Shown: positions 46,924 to 56,838, counted from the stretch's first letter. The stretch: DNA of 64,000 bases from an uncultured SAR86 cluster bacterium (GCA_902547695.1 CACCOR010000004.1:21381-85380); one strand, 5' to 3'. Translations and numbers: made by a program. The notes: generated from the letters alone by a model not told the origin.

Positions 46924-48318
46924 ATGGAAAACGATTATAAAGTTGCTGATATAAAACTTGCTGAATTTGGAAGGAGAGAAATATCTCTTGCAGAAAATGA
47001 AATGCCGGCCTTAATGGCATTAAGGGATAAATATAGAGATGAGCAGCCTTTGGCTGGTGCGAAAATAATGGGATGCATTCACATGACTATTCAAACTGCT
47101 GTTTTGATGGAAACATTACTCGATCTAGGAGCAGAATTAAGATGGTCATCCTGTAACATATTTTCAACACAGGATCATGCGGCAGCAGCAATGGCTGCAA
47201 AAGGAGTTCCTGTATTTGCTTGGAAAGGTGAAACTGAAGAGGAGTACGAGTGGTGTATTGAACAAACTATTTGTAAAGATGGAAAGCCATGGGATGCAAA
47301 CATGATTCTTGATGATGGAAGTGATCTTACAGCTATGGTGCATGCTAAATTTCCTGACATGTTAGAGACTATTCATGGTGTGTCTGAAGAAACAACTACT
47401 GGGGTGCATAGGTTAAAAGAGATGCTAGAAAAAGGCGAGCTAAAAATTCCTGCTATTAATGTAAATGACTCAGTTACAAAAGCAAAAAATGATAATAAAT
47501 ATGGATGCAGACATAGTCTTAATGATGCTCTAAAAAGAGGAACCGATATGTTGCTTTCTGGTAAGAAAGGATTAGTAATTGGTTATGGAGATGTTGGTAA
47601 AGGGTCGGCTGCAAGTTTGGCTCAAGAAGGTATGATAGTAAGTGTTGTTGAATCAGATCCAATTTGTGCGATGCAGGCTTGCATGGATGGATTTGCAGTT
47701 GTTTCATGTTACAAAAATGGTGTAGTTACAAGAGATCCCAAGGATATTAATATGGATGTCATGGGTGATACGGATCTAATAGTAACTACCACTGGTAATG
47801 TAAATGTTTGTGATTCTGCAATGATAAGCACTTTAAAAAATACTGCAGTTGTATGTAATATTGGTCATTTTGATAATGAGATTGATACTGCTTATATGAG
47901 AGAAAATTACTACTGGGATGAGATAAAGCCTCAGGTTCATAGAGTTTTTAGAGATACAGCTCCAGACGGAACTCCTGATTTGTCTAGCAAAAACTATATT
48001 ATTTTGCTAGCTGAAGGAAGATTAGTAAATCTTGGAAATGCAACAGGGCATCCTAGTAGAATTATGGATGGATCTTTTGCCAACCAAGTTCTTGCACAAA
48101 TTCATTTATATAAACAAGGCTTTGCAAATGTGAATGATGCTGATAAAAAAGCAGAAATGTTAAGCGTTGAGGTATTGCCTAAGAAACTTGATGAAGAAGT
48201 TGCTAGTCTTATGGTTGAAGGTTTTGGTGGAACGGTAACTCAACTTACTGAAGAACAAGCTGATTATATAAATGTTCCCCAAGATGGGCCTTTTAAAGAA
48301 GAAAGTTACAAATACTAA
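46924..48318 (+). CDS. ahcY: Adenosylhomocysteinase
   Basis: It has '[14 protein letters not shown]', 'GYGDVGKG' and '[10 protein letters not shown]'. Confidence 0.95.
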   Translation: MENDYKVADIKLAEFGRREISLAENEMPALMALRDKYRDEQPLAGAKIMGCIHMTIQTAVLMETLLDLGAELRWSSCNIFSTQDHAAAAMAAKGVPVFAWKGETEEEYEWCIEQTICKDGKPWDANMILDDGSDLTAMVHAKFPDMLETIHGVSEETTTGVHRLKEMLEKGELKIPAINVNDSVTKAKNDNKYGCRHSLNDALKRGTDMLLSGKKGLVIGYGDVGKGSAASLAQEGMIVSVVESDPICAMQACMDGFAVVSCYKNGVVTRDPKDINMDVMGDTDLIVTTTGNVNVCDSAMISTLKNTAVVCNIGHFDNEIDTAYMRENYYWDEIKPQVHRVFRDTAPDGTPDLSSKNYIILLAEGRLVNLGNATGHPSRIMDGSFANQVLAQIHLYKQGFANVNDADKKAEMLSVEVLPKKLDEEVASLMVEGFGGTVTQLTEEQADYINVPQDGPFKEESYKY

Positions 48319-48364
48319 AAAGCTTATATATCAATTTAAATAAATTAAATTCATAATACTCTTT

Positions 48365-48445
48365 ATGAATTTCAAAAAAATTTTTAGTTTAATTGTGATA
48401 TTCCTCCTATATGGGTGTGGTGTAAAGGGTCCACTAATATTCTGA
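48365..48445 (+). CDS. lptM: LptM (YifL)-like small lipoprotein, 26 aa (absent from the ORF track)
   Basis: My translation is MNFKKIFSLIVIFLLYGCGVKGPLIF. 'GCGVKGPL' matches the remembered YifL 'GCGLKGPLYFP', and the gene sits at the head of the dapF-yigA-xerC-yigB block as yifL does in E. coli. Confidence 0.6.
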   Translation: MNFKKIFSLIVIFLLYGCGVKGPLIF

Positions 48446-48463
48446 AAATTATATATTTAATAC

Positions 48464-49699
48464 ATGAGTAGTTTTATATACAAAGATAATATTCTTTTTT
48501 GTGAAAATGTTGCTGTGACCGACATTGTTAAAAAGGTTGGTACTCCCGCATATGTATATTCAAAAAAGACTTTATTGGACAATTTTGATTCCTATTCTAA
48601 TGCCTTCGAAAAAAATGATGGATTGGTTTGTTTTTCTGTTAAGTCTCTAAGCAATATTTCTGTGCTCAGATTATTAAAAGATAAGGGAAGTGGTTTTGAT
48701 ATAGTCTCTGGAGGTGAATTGGAGAGAGTCTTGGCTGCTGGTGTAGATCCAAAAAAAATAATATTTACAGGAATTGCAAAGTCCAACGAAGAAATTATCC
48801 AAGGCATAAGAAAAAATATTTTGTCTTTTAATATTGAATCTGAGGCAGAAATGTTAAGAATAGAAAAAATAGCTACTGATGAAAATAAAATTGTTGATGT
48901 TGCAATAAGATTCAATCCTGAAATTGATTCAGGTGGACACGAATATATTAAAACCGGAAGAAAAAAAGATAAATTTGGTGTTTTGTTAGAGGGGGTTATT
49001 AATTTATCTAAATATATTTTGAATTCTAGTTCACTAAACCTTATTGGCTTGTCATGCCATATTGGCTCTCAAATATTTGAATTAAATGATTTTGAAGAAT
49101 CTGCAAAATATATTAAAAAACTTGCTAAAGAAATTAATAATCTTGGTATTGAGCTTAAATTTCTAGACGTTGGAGGAGGTTTAGGTATCTCCTATACTGA
49201 CTCAAACTTTCCTTCTCCCTCAAATTTGATAAAAGATCTTGAGAATATCTTAGGTGATAGAAATGAAAAAATTATTTTAGAGCCTGGAAGAAGCGTTTCT
49301 GGAGATGCTGGGATTTTATTAACAAGCGTAGAATACGTTAAAGATGATTATCTTATTATTGATGCTGGAATGAATGACTTAATAAGGCCGGCTTTATATG
49401 ATGCAAAACATCAAATCATAAATGTTGAGAATAATAAAGTCCCTACAAAAGAGTGGACAATAGTTGGGCCAATATGTGAATCATCTGATGTAATGGCTAA
49501 AAATTATAGCTTGGGTGCATCAGATGGAAGTATTTTAGCTATAAAAACAGCAGGTGCATATGGGCATGTTATGTCATCTAACTATAATTCTAGACGTAAG
49601 CCGCCAGAGATATTAGTGGACGGTGACAAGTTTGAAGTTATTAGAAAAAGAGAGACATACGAAGACCTGATAAGACATGAGGTAAATCTTGGGTCTTAA
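48464..49699 (+). CDS. lysA: Diaminopimelate decarboxylase
   Basis: It has the PLP-Lys 'FSVKSLSN', plus 'GGGLGI', 'EPGRS' and 'CESSD'. Confidence 0.95.
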   Translation: MSSFIYKDNILFCENVAVTDIVKKVGTPAYVYSKKTLLDNFDSYSNAFEKNDGLVCFSVKSLSNISVLRLLKDKGSGFDIVSGGELERVLAAGVDPKKIIFTGIAKSNEEIIQGIRKNILSFNIESEAEMLRIEKIATDENKIVDVAIRFNPEIDSGGHEYIKTGRKKDKFGVLLEGVINLSKYILNSSSLNLIGLSCHIGSQIFELNDFEESAKYIKKLAKEINNLGIELKFLDVGGGLGISYTDSNFPSPSNLIKDLENILGDRNEKIILEPGRSVSGDAGILLTSVEYVKDDYLIIDAGMNDLIRPALYDAKHQIINVENNKVPTKEWTIVGPICESSDVMAKNYSLGASDGSILAIKTAGAYGHVMSSNYNSRRKPPEILVDGDKFEVIRKRETYEDLIRHEVNLGS

Positions 49700-50468
49700 T
49701 TTTGAAAAATGGCATGGAAACGGTAATGATTTTATTATCATCAATTCTATTGAGGACGAATTAAAAATTACTCGAAATAAAATAATAAAAATTTCTGACA
49801 GAAATATAGGAATAGGATTTGATCAGCTAATAAAAATTGATCTTCCAACAAAACCAAATAATGACTTTTTTATTCGATTTTATAATGCTGATGGATCAGA
49901 AGCTGGGATGTGCCTTAATGGCATAAGATGTGCTGCAAAATATATATGGAATAATAGCTTTGCTCCAATAGGTACAGTAAATTTCCAAACTAAAACAAAA
50001 AACATAGTTTGTGAGCCTAAAGCAAGAAAAATGATTCAGGTTCATATCGAACCACCAGATAAAATTGAGCATAAAAGTTTATATAACAAATTACAAAATA
50101 AAGGAGTGAATAATTTCTTTATCTCAAATATTGGAAATAACCATCTTTGCATAAAAATGAAATCTATTAAAAAAATTGATCTTAATGAAATATATAAAAA
50201 TCTTGAAGGAATTATTAAGGAACTCGATATTAATTTGTCAATATTTAAAAAAGATGGTGGCAGTATTGATATAAGAACTTATGAAAATGGCGTTGGTGAA
50301 ACCTTATCATGTGGATCAGCTGCATTATGCGTTGCTTCATATTTTCTTAAGGATAAACTTCTAAGAATAAGGTCAATTGGTGGCGAATTAATCTTTAAAA
50401 AAAATAAAAATGGTATATTAATGTCAGGTCCTGCAAGTTTTATATATAGAGGAAATATAAGTGACTAA
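49689..50468 (+). CDS. dapF: Diaminopimelate epimerase
   Basis: It has 'HGNGNDF', 'FYNADGSEAGMCLNGIRC' and 'SCGSAA' (two catalytic Cys). It opens with TTG, overlapping the lysA end. Confidence 0.85.
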   Translation: MGLNFEKWHGNGNDFIIINSIEDELKITRNKIIKISDRNIGIGFDQLIKIDLPTKPNNDFFIRFYNADGSEAGMCLNGIRCAAKYIWNNSFAPIGTVNFQTKTKNIVCEPKARKMIQVHIEPPDKIEHKSLYNKLQNKGVNNFFISNIGNNHLCIKMKSIKKIDLNEIYKNLEGIIKELDINLSIFKKDGGSIDIRTYENGVGETLSCGSAALCVASYFLKDKLLRIRSIGGELIFKKNKNGILMSGPASFIYRGNISD

Positions 50469-51081
50469 AGAATTAAATCCAAAAGATGTTGAGCTTTTCT
50501 TACTTGATAATTTAGATTTCTTTGAAAGCAGAGAGTCACTTGTTGGAGAGATGAAATTTAAACATTCTTCTAGTTCTGCCTCGTCGATTCTTGAAAGACA
50601 AATATTAAAACTTAGAGAGGAGCATAAGAATCTTATAAATTTATTATCTTCGTTCGTTGAAACAGCCAACATAAATGAAGATCTGTTCAATAAATCAAAG
50701 AGTCTCACATTAAAAATTCTTGAATCTAATTCTAAACAAGAGATTATAAAAGTAGTCGAAGATGCCTTTAAAAAAGACTTTAAAGTGGACAAGCCAATAC
50801 TTAAATTTTATAAAAATGAGAAGATTGATGAGCTTGAAAAAGAAACTGATCTTTCATTTCATAAAGGGGCTATTCATTGCGGATCATTCTCTTCAGAAAA
50901 AATGTCAGTTTTATTTAAAGATAAAAAAGTTGAATCTATGGTAATTTCAGTAGTGCTTGTTGAAAGTCAAATTGGTCTTTTGATGTTAGGAAGCTATGAT
51001 AGGTCTAAATATCTTGGTGACGAAGATACTACTTTTATAGAATATATAAGGGATGTTTTAGAGAAAAAATTATCAAAATAA
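50461..51081 (+). CDS. DUF484 (YigA-like) protein
   Basis: Its size and position between dapF and xerC match yigA. The C-terminal half is GAF-like. It opens with GTG. Confidence 0.7.
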   Translation: MTKELNPKDVELFLLDNLDFFESRESLVGEMKFKHSSSSASSILERQILKLREEHKNLINLLSSFVETANINEDLFNKSKSLTLKILESNSKQEIIKVVEDAFKKDFKVDKPILKFYKNEKIDELEKETDLSFHKGAIHCGSFSSEKMSVLFKDKKVESMVISVVLVESQIGLLMLGSYDRSKYLGDEDTTFIEYIRDVLEKKLSK

Positions 51082-51084
51082 TAT

Positions 51085-51981
51085 ATGAAGAATACCTCGC
51101 CTATTCTTAATGACATTAATGAATACCTTGTTTTTGTCTCACAAGTAAAAAATCTCTCAGAAAATACAACAAAATCATATGAAAGAGATCTTAAAAAACT
51201 TTATCTATTTCTAGAGAAATTAAACGTAACAAATTATTCAGATATTAAAGAGGAAATCTGTTCTGCATGGATAGGAGACCTGTATTCACAAAATAATAAG
51301 CCTAAAAGTATTCAGAGGCACTTATCATCTGCAAAAGGATTTTTTAGATTTTTAAAAAAAAATAATCTTATAAGCTCGTCACCTTTTGAACTGGTTACTG
51401 CGCCAAAATCATCAAATACTTTACCTGACGTTCTTTCTCCAGAGGATGTTGAACAACTTTTGAACTTTAAGCCCTCTAATACAATAGAGATTAGAGACAT
51501 GGCTATAGTTGAACTAATGTATTCATCAGGATTACGAGTTTCAGAGACTGTAAACATAAATATTAGTGATTTTGAAGAAAATATGTCTTTTCTGCGAGTA
51601 ATAGGAAAGGGTTCTAAAACAAGATTGGTGCCAATGGGTAGATACGCTATTAACGCAATTAATAATTGGTTGAATGAGCGGGTGAAAATTTCAAATAATA
51701 CCCCTGCGCTTTTTTTAAATTCAAAAGGTTCAAGACTATCGGTTAGAAGCATTCAACTGAGGTTAAAAAAAATGGCAATAAAGCAAGGCTTGCCACCAGT
51801 TCATCCTCATATGCTAAGACATAGTTTCGCTACTCATATGCTTGAATCCAGTGGCGATCTTAGAACTATACAAGAACTTCTTGGTCATAGCTCATTATCA
51901 ACTACACAGATATATACAAAATTAGATTATCAGCATTTGGCAAAAATTTATGACAAATCACACCCACGAGCAAAAAAGTGA
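51085..51981 (+). CDS. xerC: Tyrosine recombinase XerC (chromosome dimer resolution)
   Basis: The catalytic region is '[10 protein letters not shown]' and '[13 protein letters not shown]'. Synteny is dapF-yigA-xerC-yigB. Confidence 0.9.
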   Translation: MKNTSPILNDINEYLVFVSQVKNLSENTTKSYERDLKKLYLFLEKLNVTNYSDIKEEICSAWIGDLYSQNNKPKSIQRHLSSAKGFFRFLKKNNLISSSPFELVTAPKSSNTLPDVLSPEDVEQLLNFKPSNTIEIRDMAIVELMYSSGLRVSETVNINISDFEENMSFLRVIGKGSKTRLVPMGRYAINAINNWLNERVKISNNTPALFLNSKGSRLSVRSIQLRLKKMAIKQGLPPVHPHMLRHSFATHMLESSGDLRTIQELLGHSSLSTTQIYTKLDYQHLAKIYDKSHPRAKK

Positions 51982-51995
51982 ATAAGAAAATAAAA

Positions 51996-52685
51996 ATGAT
52001 AACTTTTGATCTGGATGACACCTTGTGGGATAACCGTCCAACAATAATTAAGGCAGAAATAGATACAAGAAAATGGATAGAAGATAAAGTTGGCAATGTT
52101 GAGTGGGGGGATTTTAATGATTTTTTAGAACTTAGAGAAGAATTAATAAAAGAAGACGAAAGCATTGCATGGGACATAAGCAAGCTCAGAAAGGAAATCT
52201 TTAGAAAAAAACTATCTCATGTAAATCCAATAAAGTTAAGGAATGAGATTGTAGAAAGTGCATTTGATATTTTTATATCTAAAAGGCATGAAATTGTGTT
52301 TTTTGATGGAGTGGAAGAATGTATTTCAGACTTATCAAAAAAATATTTACTCGGGATATTAACCAATGGAAATGCAGATATTTATAAATTTAAGATTGGA
52401 AAATATTTTAAGTTTTCTATCAGCTCTCTTGAGGCCAGAGACAGCAAGCCAAACAGATCTCATTTTGATATGGCCTTAGCCCAAGTGAATGACGTTACTT
52501 TTGAAAATATGCTTCATATTGGTGATCATCAAATAAATGACATGTATGCTGCCGATAATCTTGGTATAGATTGCTTATGGTTTAATAATAATCATGATGA
52601 ATGGGAGCAAAATTTTGAAAAACCAGATGAATTCTCATCTTGGCAAAATTTAACAAATATAATAAAAGATAAATATGAAAGATAA
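51996..52685 (+). CDS. HAD-superfamily hydrolase (YigB-like)
   Basis: It has the 'ITFDLDDTLWD' DxD motif, 'LTNGN' and 'GDHQINDM'. I prefer ATG 51996 to the upstream GTG at 51978. Confidence 0.75.
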   Translation: MITFDLDDTLWDNRPTIIKAEIDTRKWIEDKVGNVEWGDFNDFLELREELIKEDESIAWDISKLRKEIFRKKLSHVNPIKLRNEIVESAFDIFISKRHEIVFFDGVEECISDLSKKYLLGILTNGNADIYKFKIGKYFKFSISSLEARDSKPNRSHFDMALAQVNDVTFENMLHIGDHQINDMYAADNLGIDCLWFNNNHDEWEQNFEKPDEFSSWQNLTNIIKDKYER

Positions 52686-52905
52686 AGATCTAACAGAAGC
52701 GCTTAAAAGTATTATTGAGAAAGAGCTTAAAATTTTTAGCAAGCTTATTCCAAAAGATGCAGTTAAAAATATTGAGGACAGTATTTTTCCTCAAATTGAA
52801 AAAATTGTAGAACAAAGTGGCTATGTCAAAAAAACAAAATATGAAAATCTCAAAAGAATTATTGATAACCTTGAGGAAAGGATCTCTGATTTAGAGAAGA
52901 ATTAA
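52675..52905 (+). CDS. ubiK: UbiK/YqiC-like accessory coiled-coil protein
   Basis: 76 aa. The C-terminal 'YVKKTKYENLKRIIDNLEERISDLE' parallels remembered E. coli UbiK '...LVSREEFDVQ...LALLEQRISELE'. Confidence 0.5.
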   Translation: MKDKDLTEALKSIIEKELKIFSKLIPKDAVKNIEDSIFPQIEKIVEQSGYVKKTKYENLKRIIDNLEERISDLEKN

Positions 52906-53489
52906 AGCTGATTTAAATATGTATCAATTCTTTCAGCATTCATAACAAAGGATGTTTTAAGGCTATTTGATGCAGTTTTAATTTCACTCATATTTACTGC
53001 CTCACCAACTTGGATAACACCAATCATTGCCATCATTACGTGTGGATCACATTGATAGACATATACACCTTCAGTATCTAGAGTAACGCTTATATCCATA
53101 TTCATTTGACCAGACCAAGACTCTGCTCCATCTGGCAACATTCCATCTATGCTTGCAGAATTATGAGACATGTCCGATGCTTTGAAATGAATTGTGTCAC
53201 CTACAGACACTTTTAAAACAGCTGGTTCAAAAATCATTTGTCCACCTTCACCAGAATTTAACATTTTTACTGTATGTTCTGATCCTTCTGATAATTCTAC
53301 TTTTTTAACTTCCGCAGAGGCGACTGCTGCAACTGACTGAGATGCTTGTGCTGCACTTCCACAATCTTGCCCCTCTAGACAAACTTTCACCGGTACAGAT
53401 AATCTATCAATAACAGCTTGTTCATATTTCTTTCCATTAAATAGAAAGAAAAAACATAATGTAACTAATAAAAATTTACTATATTTCAT
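52902..53489 (-). CDS. Pseudoazurin-type blue copper protein with an N-terminal extension
   Basis: 'HTVKMLNSGEGGQMIFEP', 'GDTIHF', 'HN' and 'YQCDPHVMMAMIGVIQVG' give the His, Cys-x2-His-x4-Met copper ligand spacing of pseudoazurin. It has a signal peptide. Confidence 0.8.
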   Translation of the reverse strand: MKYSKFLLVTLCFFFLFNGKKYEQAVIDRLSVPVKVCLEGQDCGSAAQASQSVAAVASAEVKKVELSEGSEHTVKMLNSGEGGQMIFEPAVLKVSVGDTIHFKASDMSHNSASIDGMLPDGAESWSGQMNMDISVTLDTEGVYVYQCDPHVMMAMIGVIQVGEAVNMSEIKTASNSLKTSFVMNAERIDTYLNQL

Positions 53490-53496
53490 ATCATTT

Positions 53497-54117
53497 TTAA
53501 GAATTAGGCCTTTGAAGTTCTACAACATGATCAACGACTTTCATTATCTTCTCATATGAACCTCTAGATTCAATAATATATTTACCATCAACTATCATCA
53601 TAGGTGTTGAGGATACTCTTAACTGTCTGGCTTGTTTGGATGCTCTGCTTACCTGCTGTTTTACAGTGAAAGAATTTAGATATTTAATTGAAACCTCTGG
53701 TGCTACTCCAAATTTTTCCAAAAACTCTTGAATAGCCTTCGTATTTGGCAAGAAATTACCTTCTTTGTGCATTGTTACAAAAACTGCTGAATGCGTTGAG
53801 GGATCCAACTTAAGCGCCTCAACGGCGTAATACAACTTGGCGTGTTCTTGATGAATTTTGCTCCATGTAACAGGCACTTTTGTAAACTTTATATCTTCTC
53901 CTTGACTTGCAGCCCACTTGTTTATAACTGGATCAAACTGATAACAAGCATTGCATCCATACCAAAAGGTTTCCATAACCTCAACCACTCCATCTTTTTT
54001 TACGGGAAGTGGATTATCAGCAATCCTATAATCAACTCCTAACCTATATTCAGCTTCTGCAAATGTTGAAATTGTAAAAACTAAAATTGTAAATATTTTT
54101 ATTAATTTTTCTTTCAT
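53497..54117 (-). CDS. dsbA: Thiol:disulfide interchange protein DsbA
   Basis: It has a signal peptide, 'FWYGCNACYQF' (CxxC) and 'STPMMIVDGKY'. It lies downstream of cytochrome c4 as in Pseudomonas. Confidence 0.85.
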   Translation of the reverse strand: MKEKLIKIFTILVFTISTFAEAEYRLGVDYRIADNPLPVKKDGVVEVMETFWYGCNACYQFDPVINKWAASQGEDIKFTKVPVTWSKIHQEHAKLYYAVEALKLDPSTHSAVFVTMHKEGNFLPNTKAIQEFLEKFGVAPEVSIKYLNSFTVKQQVSRASKQARQLRVSSTPMMIVDGKYIIESRGSYEKIMKVVDHVVELQRPNS

Positions 54118-54779
54118 TGATATAGTCCATGCATATAATTTGCTAATGCATCTATTTCGTAATCTGTTAGATTTGCTGCAATAGATTGCATCACTAATGA
54201 GGATTCTCCACTATTTCTTTCTTTTGATCGATATGCCTTAAGTGTAGAAGTTAAATAACCGACCTGTTGTCCAGCTACTGAAGGGTAGCCTGCCAAACTA
54301 TTACCCTGACCATATACTGCATGACATGATGTGCATGCTGGGATTTGTTTTTTAATATTTCCAAACCTATATAATTGCGTTCCTAATGCCAAAAGCTCTT
54401 CATCATTTTTGGCCTGTCCAGTTGTGCTGTTATATTGAGAATAAAAAGCAGCGATATGTTTTAAATCATCATCGCTTAATGTTTGCAGGTATGGTGTAAC
54501 TGACATCATTAAAGCATTCATTCTTGCTCCGTCTCTAAAGTATTTAAGTTGCTCATAAAGATATCTTTGATTCTGTCCTGAAAGCTTTGGCCAATCGGTG
54601 CTAATACTATTTCCATCAACGCCATGACATGCAGCACATGAGTCTACTAATTGAGCTCCCACGCTTGCGTTTCCAGAAATAAAAGTTTCTGGCAATTCCA
54701 TTTCTTTAGATTTATCATCAGCAGCATTTACATCAACTGAGAGGACAAAAAAAATAAAATATAGTAATGAATACTTCAT
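54114..54779 (-). CDS. Dihaem cytochrome c4
   Basis: It has a signal peptide and two haem motifs, 'CAACHG' and 'CTSCHA', each followed by a distal Met region. Confidence 0.9.
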   Translation of the reverse strand: MKYSLLYFIFFVLSVDVNAADDKSKEMELPETFISGNASVGAQLVDSCAACHGVDGNSISTDWPKLSGQNQRYLYEQLKYFRDGARMNALMMSVTPYLQTLSDDDLKHIAAFYSQYNSTTGQAKNDEELLALGTQLYRFGNIKKQIPACTSCHAVYGQGNSLAGYPSVAGQQVGYLTSTLKAYRSKERNSGESSLVMQSIAANLTDYEIDALANYMHGLYQ

Positions 54780-54847
54780 TGAATATATAAATGTGTGTCT
54801 TGTTGATGTGTATTATAAACATAGGTTGATATGATATAAACGATTAA

Positions 54848-55429
54848 ATGAAAAACCTTTTTAAAAAAACAGAGTTTGTTTTTGGTGTAACAAGCTATAA
54901 AAATCTACCTGAAGATATTGGGTATGAAATTTTGCTAGCAGGAAGATCGAATGCTGGAAAATCTAGCGCATTGAATGTTCTAACTGATAATAAAAAACTA
55001 GCAAGAATTAGTAAGACTCCCGGTAGAACAACAGAAATTAATTTCTTTAAAGTAAATGAATATTTGAAGCTTTTGGATTTACCTGGATATGGATTTGCAA
55101 AGTCTAGTAAAGCAAAAAAACAAGACTGGGGACCATTGTTGGGACAATACTTTCAAAAACGACAAGCCCTCACCGCAGTCATTATATTTATGGATATTCG
55201 TCATCCTCTTAAAGAAAGCGACTGGGACATGATTCAGCTTTGCAGAGATTTCAGCGTTCCTTTTCTACCAGTTCTTACAAAAAGCGATAAATTATCAAAT
55301 AATAAAATTGCAACTACTATTAAAAATGTTAAAACTAAAATTCACGAAGTAGATGCTTTGGCTATTTCGTCTCAAAATGGAACAGGTTTTGACAAATTTT
55401 CTGCTGAAATATTAAAATTTATTCCATAA
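54848..55429 (+). CDS. engB: Ribosome biogenesis GTP-binding protein EngB/YihA
   Basis: It has G1 'GRSNAGKSSALN', 'DLPGYG' and 'TKSDK'. It is divergent from cytochrome c4 as in Pseudomonas. Confidence 0.9.
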   Translation: MKNLFKKTEFVFGVTSYKNLPEDIGYEILLAGRSNAGKSSALNVLTDNKKLARISKTPGRTTEINFFKVNEYLKLLDLPGYGFAKSSKAKKQDWGPLLGQYFQKRQALTAVIIFMDIRHPLKESDWDMIQLCRDFSVPFLPVLTKSDKLSNNKIATTIKNVKTKIHEVDALAISSQNGTGFDKFSAEILKFIP

Positions 55430-55932
55430 TGTTAAATTATCAAAATCAAAACTGCGACCTTACTTTGCAAGAAGCTCTAGAGTGTTACTACAATTCTTTC
55501 CCTGATACTAAAGAAATATTTGAAGATAATAAGGATTCTGGAACTCTTCTAAGAGATCATGACTGTACTCATGTAATTTTTGGGCTAGATATATCTCTAG
55601 AGCAAGAGTCTATTCTTGATACCTGGGTATTATGGGGCAGTAAATGGGAACTGAAATATATATTAGGCTATCAAAAGCTCCCTCAGATTAAGCAACTATA
55701 TAAAGACTTAATAAAAGAAATAGGATATTTTGGAATAATTAAAATTATTTGGAAGCTTGGTGGAATTAAAAGAAAGGTGATGTTTAGAGCTTTAAAAATG
55801 AAAAAGAAATGGCCATTTAAAATGCCCGAGGAGTATCTTTCAATGAAAGTTTCAGATCTAAGAGAAATGCATGGCATCAAAGTTCTTCTTCCTGAGGAAA
55901 TGAATTACATTCCATTAGAAAGAGCTAATTAA
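55429..55932 (+). CDS. Hypothetical protein with a Coq4-like HDxxH-x10-12-E motif
   Basis: 'RDHDCTHVIFGLDISLEQESILDTWV' parallels remembered human COQ4 '[26 protein letters not shown]'. At 167 aa it is much shorter than eukaryotic Coq4. Confidence 0.4.
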   Translation: MLNYQNQNCDLTLQEALECYYNSFPDTKEIFEDNKDSGTLLRDHDCTHVIFGLDISLEQESILDTWVLWGSKWELKYILGYQKLPQIKQLYKDLIKEIGYFGIIKIIWKLGGIKRKVMFRALKMKKKWPFKMPEEYLSMKVSDLREMHGIKVLLPEEMNYIPLERAN

Positions 55933-56838
55933 TTGAAACGAATTTTTTTTCTTTTATCAATATTTATTCTTATTCCAGTTTGCTTGTATCTCGCTCTTGA
56001 TAGAGAAAACATTGATATAAATGAATTTAGATTAGACTCTGGATATGAAGAAGTTAGGTTAAGTGATGGTATAACCTCTTATAAAGACATTGGAGATAAA
56101 AATAACAAAGTTATTGTTTTGGTTCATGGTGCCACTTTTGGATCACTGGCATATGAGGAATATGTAAATGTCTTTATTAAAAATAATTATAGAGTAATAA
56201 CCTATGATCAATATGGTAGAGGTTATTCAGATAGAATAAATAGTAACGTTAGCATTGAGCTTATGGAAAGACAGCTTAAAGAGCTGATTGAGCATTGTAA
56301 AGTTGAAGATGTAATATTATATGGTGTCTCTTTTGGCGCTGCAGTTGTAGCTAAATATTCTGCTAATAATCCAGAAAACATTAGTTTCATTGGTTACCAA
56401 GTTCCACTTATTAATTCTGCAAATATACCAATGCTATCAATAGTAAAGATTCCTTTATATGGTGACTTATTAATAAGAGGATTTTTAGTTCCTGGTGTTT
56501 TAAAAAGAATAGAAGAATATGAAGATTTAATGAGTAAAAAACTACTAGATCATTACATTGGACAATTTAATGTGAAAGGAACTGAAAAATTTTTTAAAAA
56601 ATTCTTTTTAGGCAATGCCACAGGAAATAGGCTTGAAGATCATAGTATTATCGGAAATAAGTCTATACCAAGTTATTTTGCATATGCAGAAGATGATACT
56701 GAAATAGATTATAAGCTGGTTGAAGAAACAATTAAAAAATATCAAAGTCCAATAGTTAAGAAATATTCTGGTGGTCATTTTTTTGCATCTGGTATAGAAA
56801 AAGAGGTTGCTCAGGAATTCATTGATAGTATTAAGTGA
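55933..56838 (+). CDS. Membrane-anchored alpha/beta-fold hydrolase
   Basis: It has an N-terminal TM helix, 'VLVHGATFGS', the nucleophile elbow 'GVSFGA' and a C-terminal 'GGHFF' His. It opens with TTG. Confidence 0.7.
   Translation: MKRIFFLLSIFILIPVCLYLALDRENIDINEFRLDSGYEEVRLSDGITSYKDIGDKNNKVIVLVHGATFGSLAYEEYVNVFIKNNYRVITYDQYGRGYSDRINSNVSIELMERQLKELIEHCKVEDVILYGVSFGAAVVAKYSANNPENISFIGYQVPLINSANIPMLSIVKIPLYGDLLIRGFLVPGVLKRIEEYEDLMSKKLLDHYIGQFNVKGTEKFFKKFFLGNATGNRLEDHSIIGNKSIPSYFAYAEDDTEIDYKLVEETIKKYQSPIVKKYSGGHFFASGIEKEVAQEFIDSIK

Noticed and set aside
51085-51981. A tyrosine recombinase that could mark an integrated mobile element, integron or phage.
   Set aside because: It sits in the conserved dapF-yigA-xerC-yigB block and has the XerC C-terminal catalytic region. 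No att-like repeats, phage genes or tRNA target are nearby. It is the housekeeping dimer-resolution recombinase.
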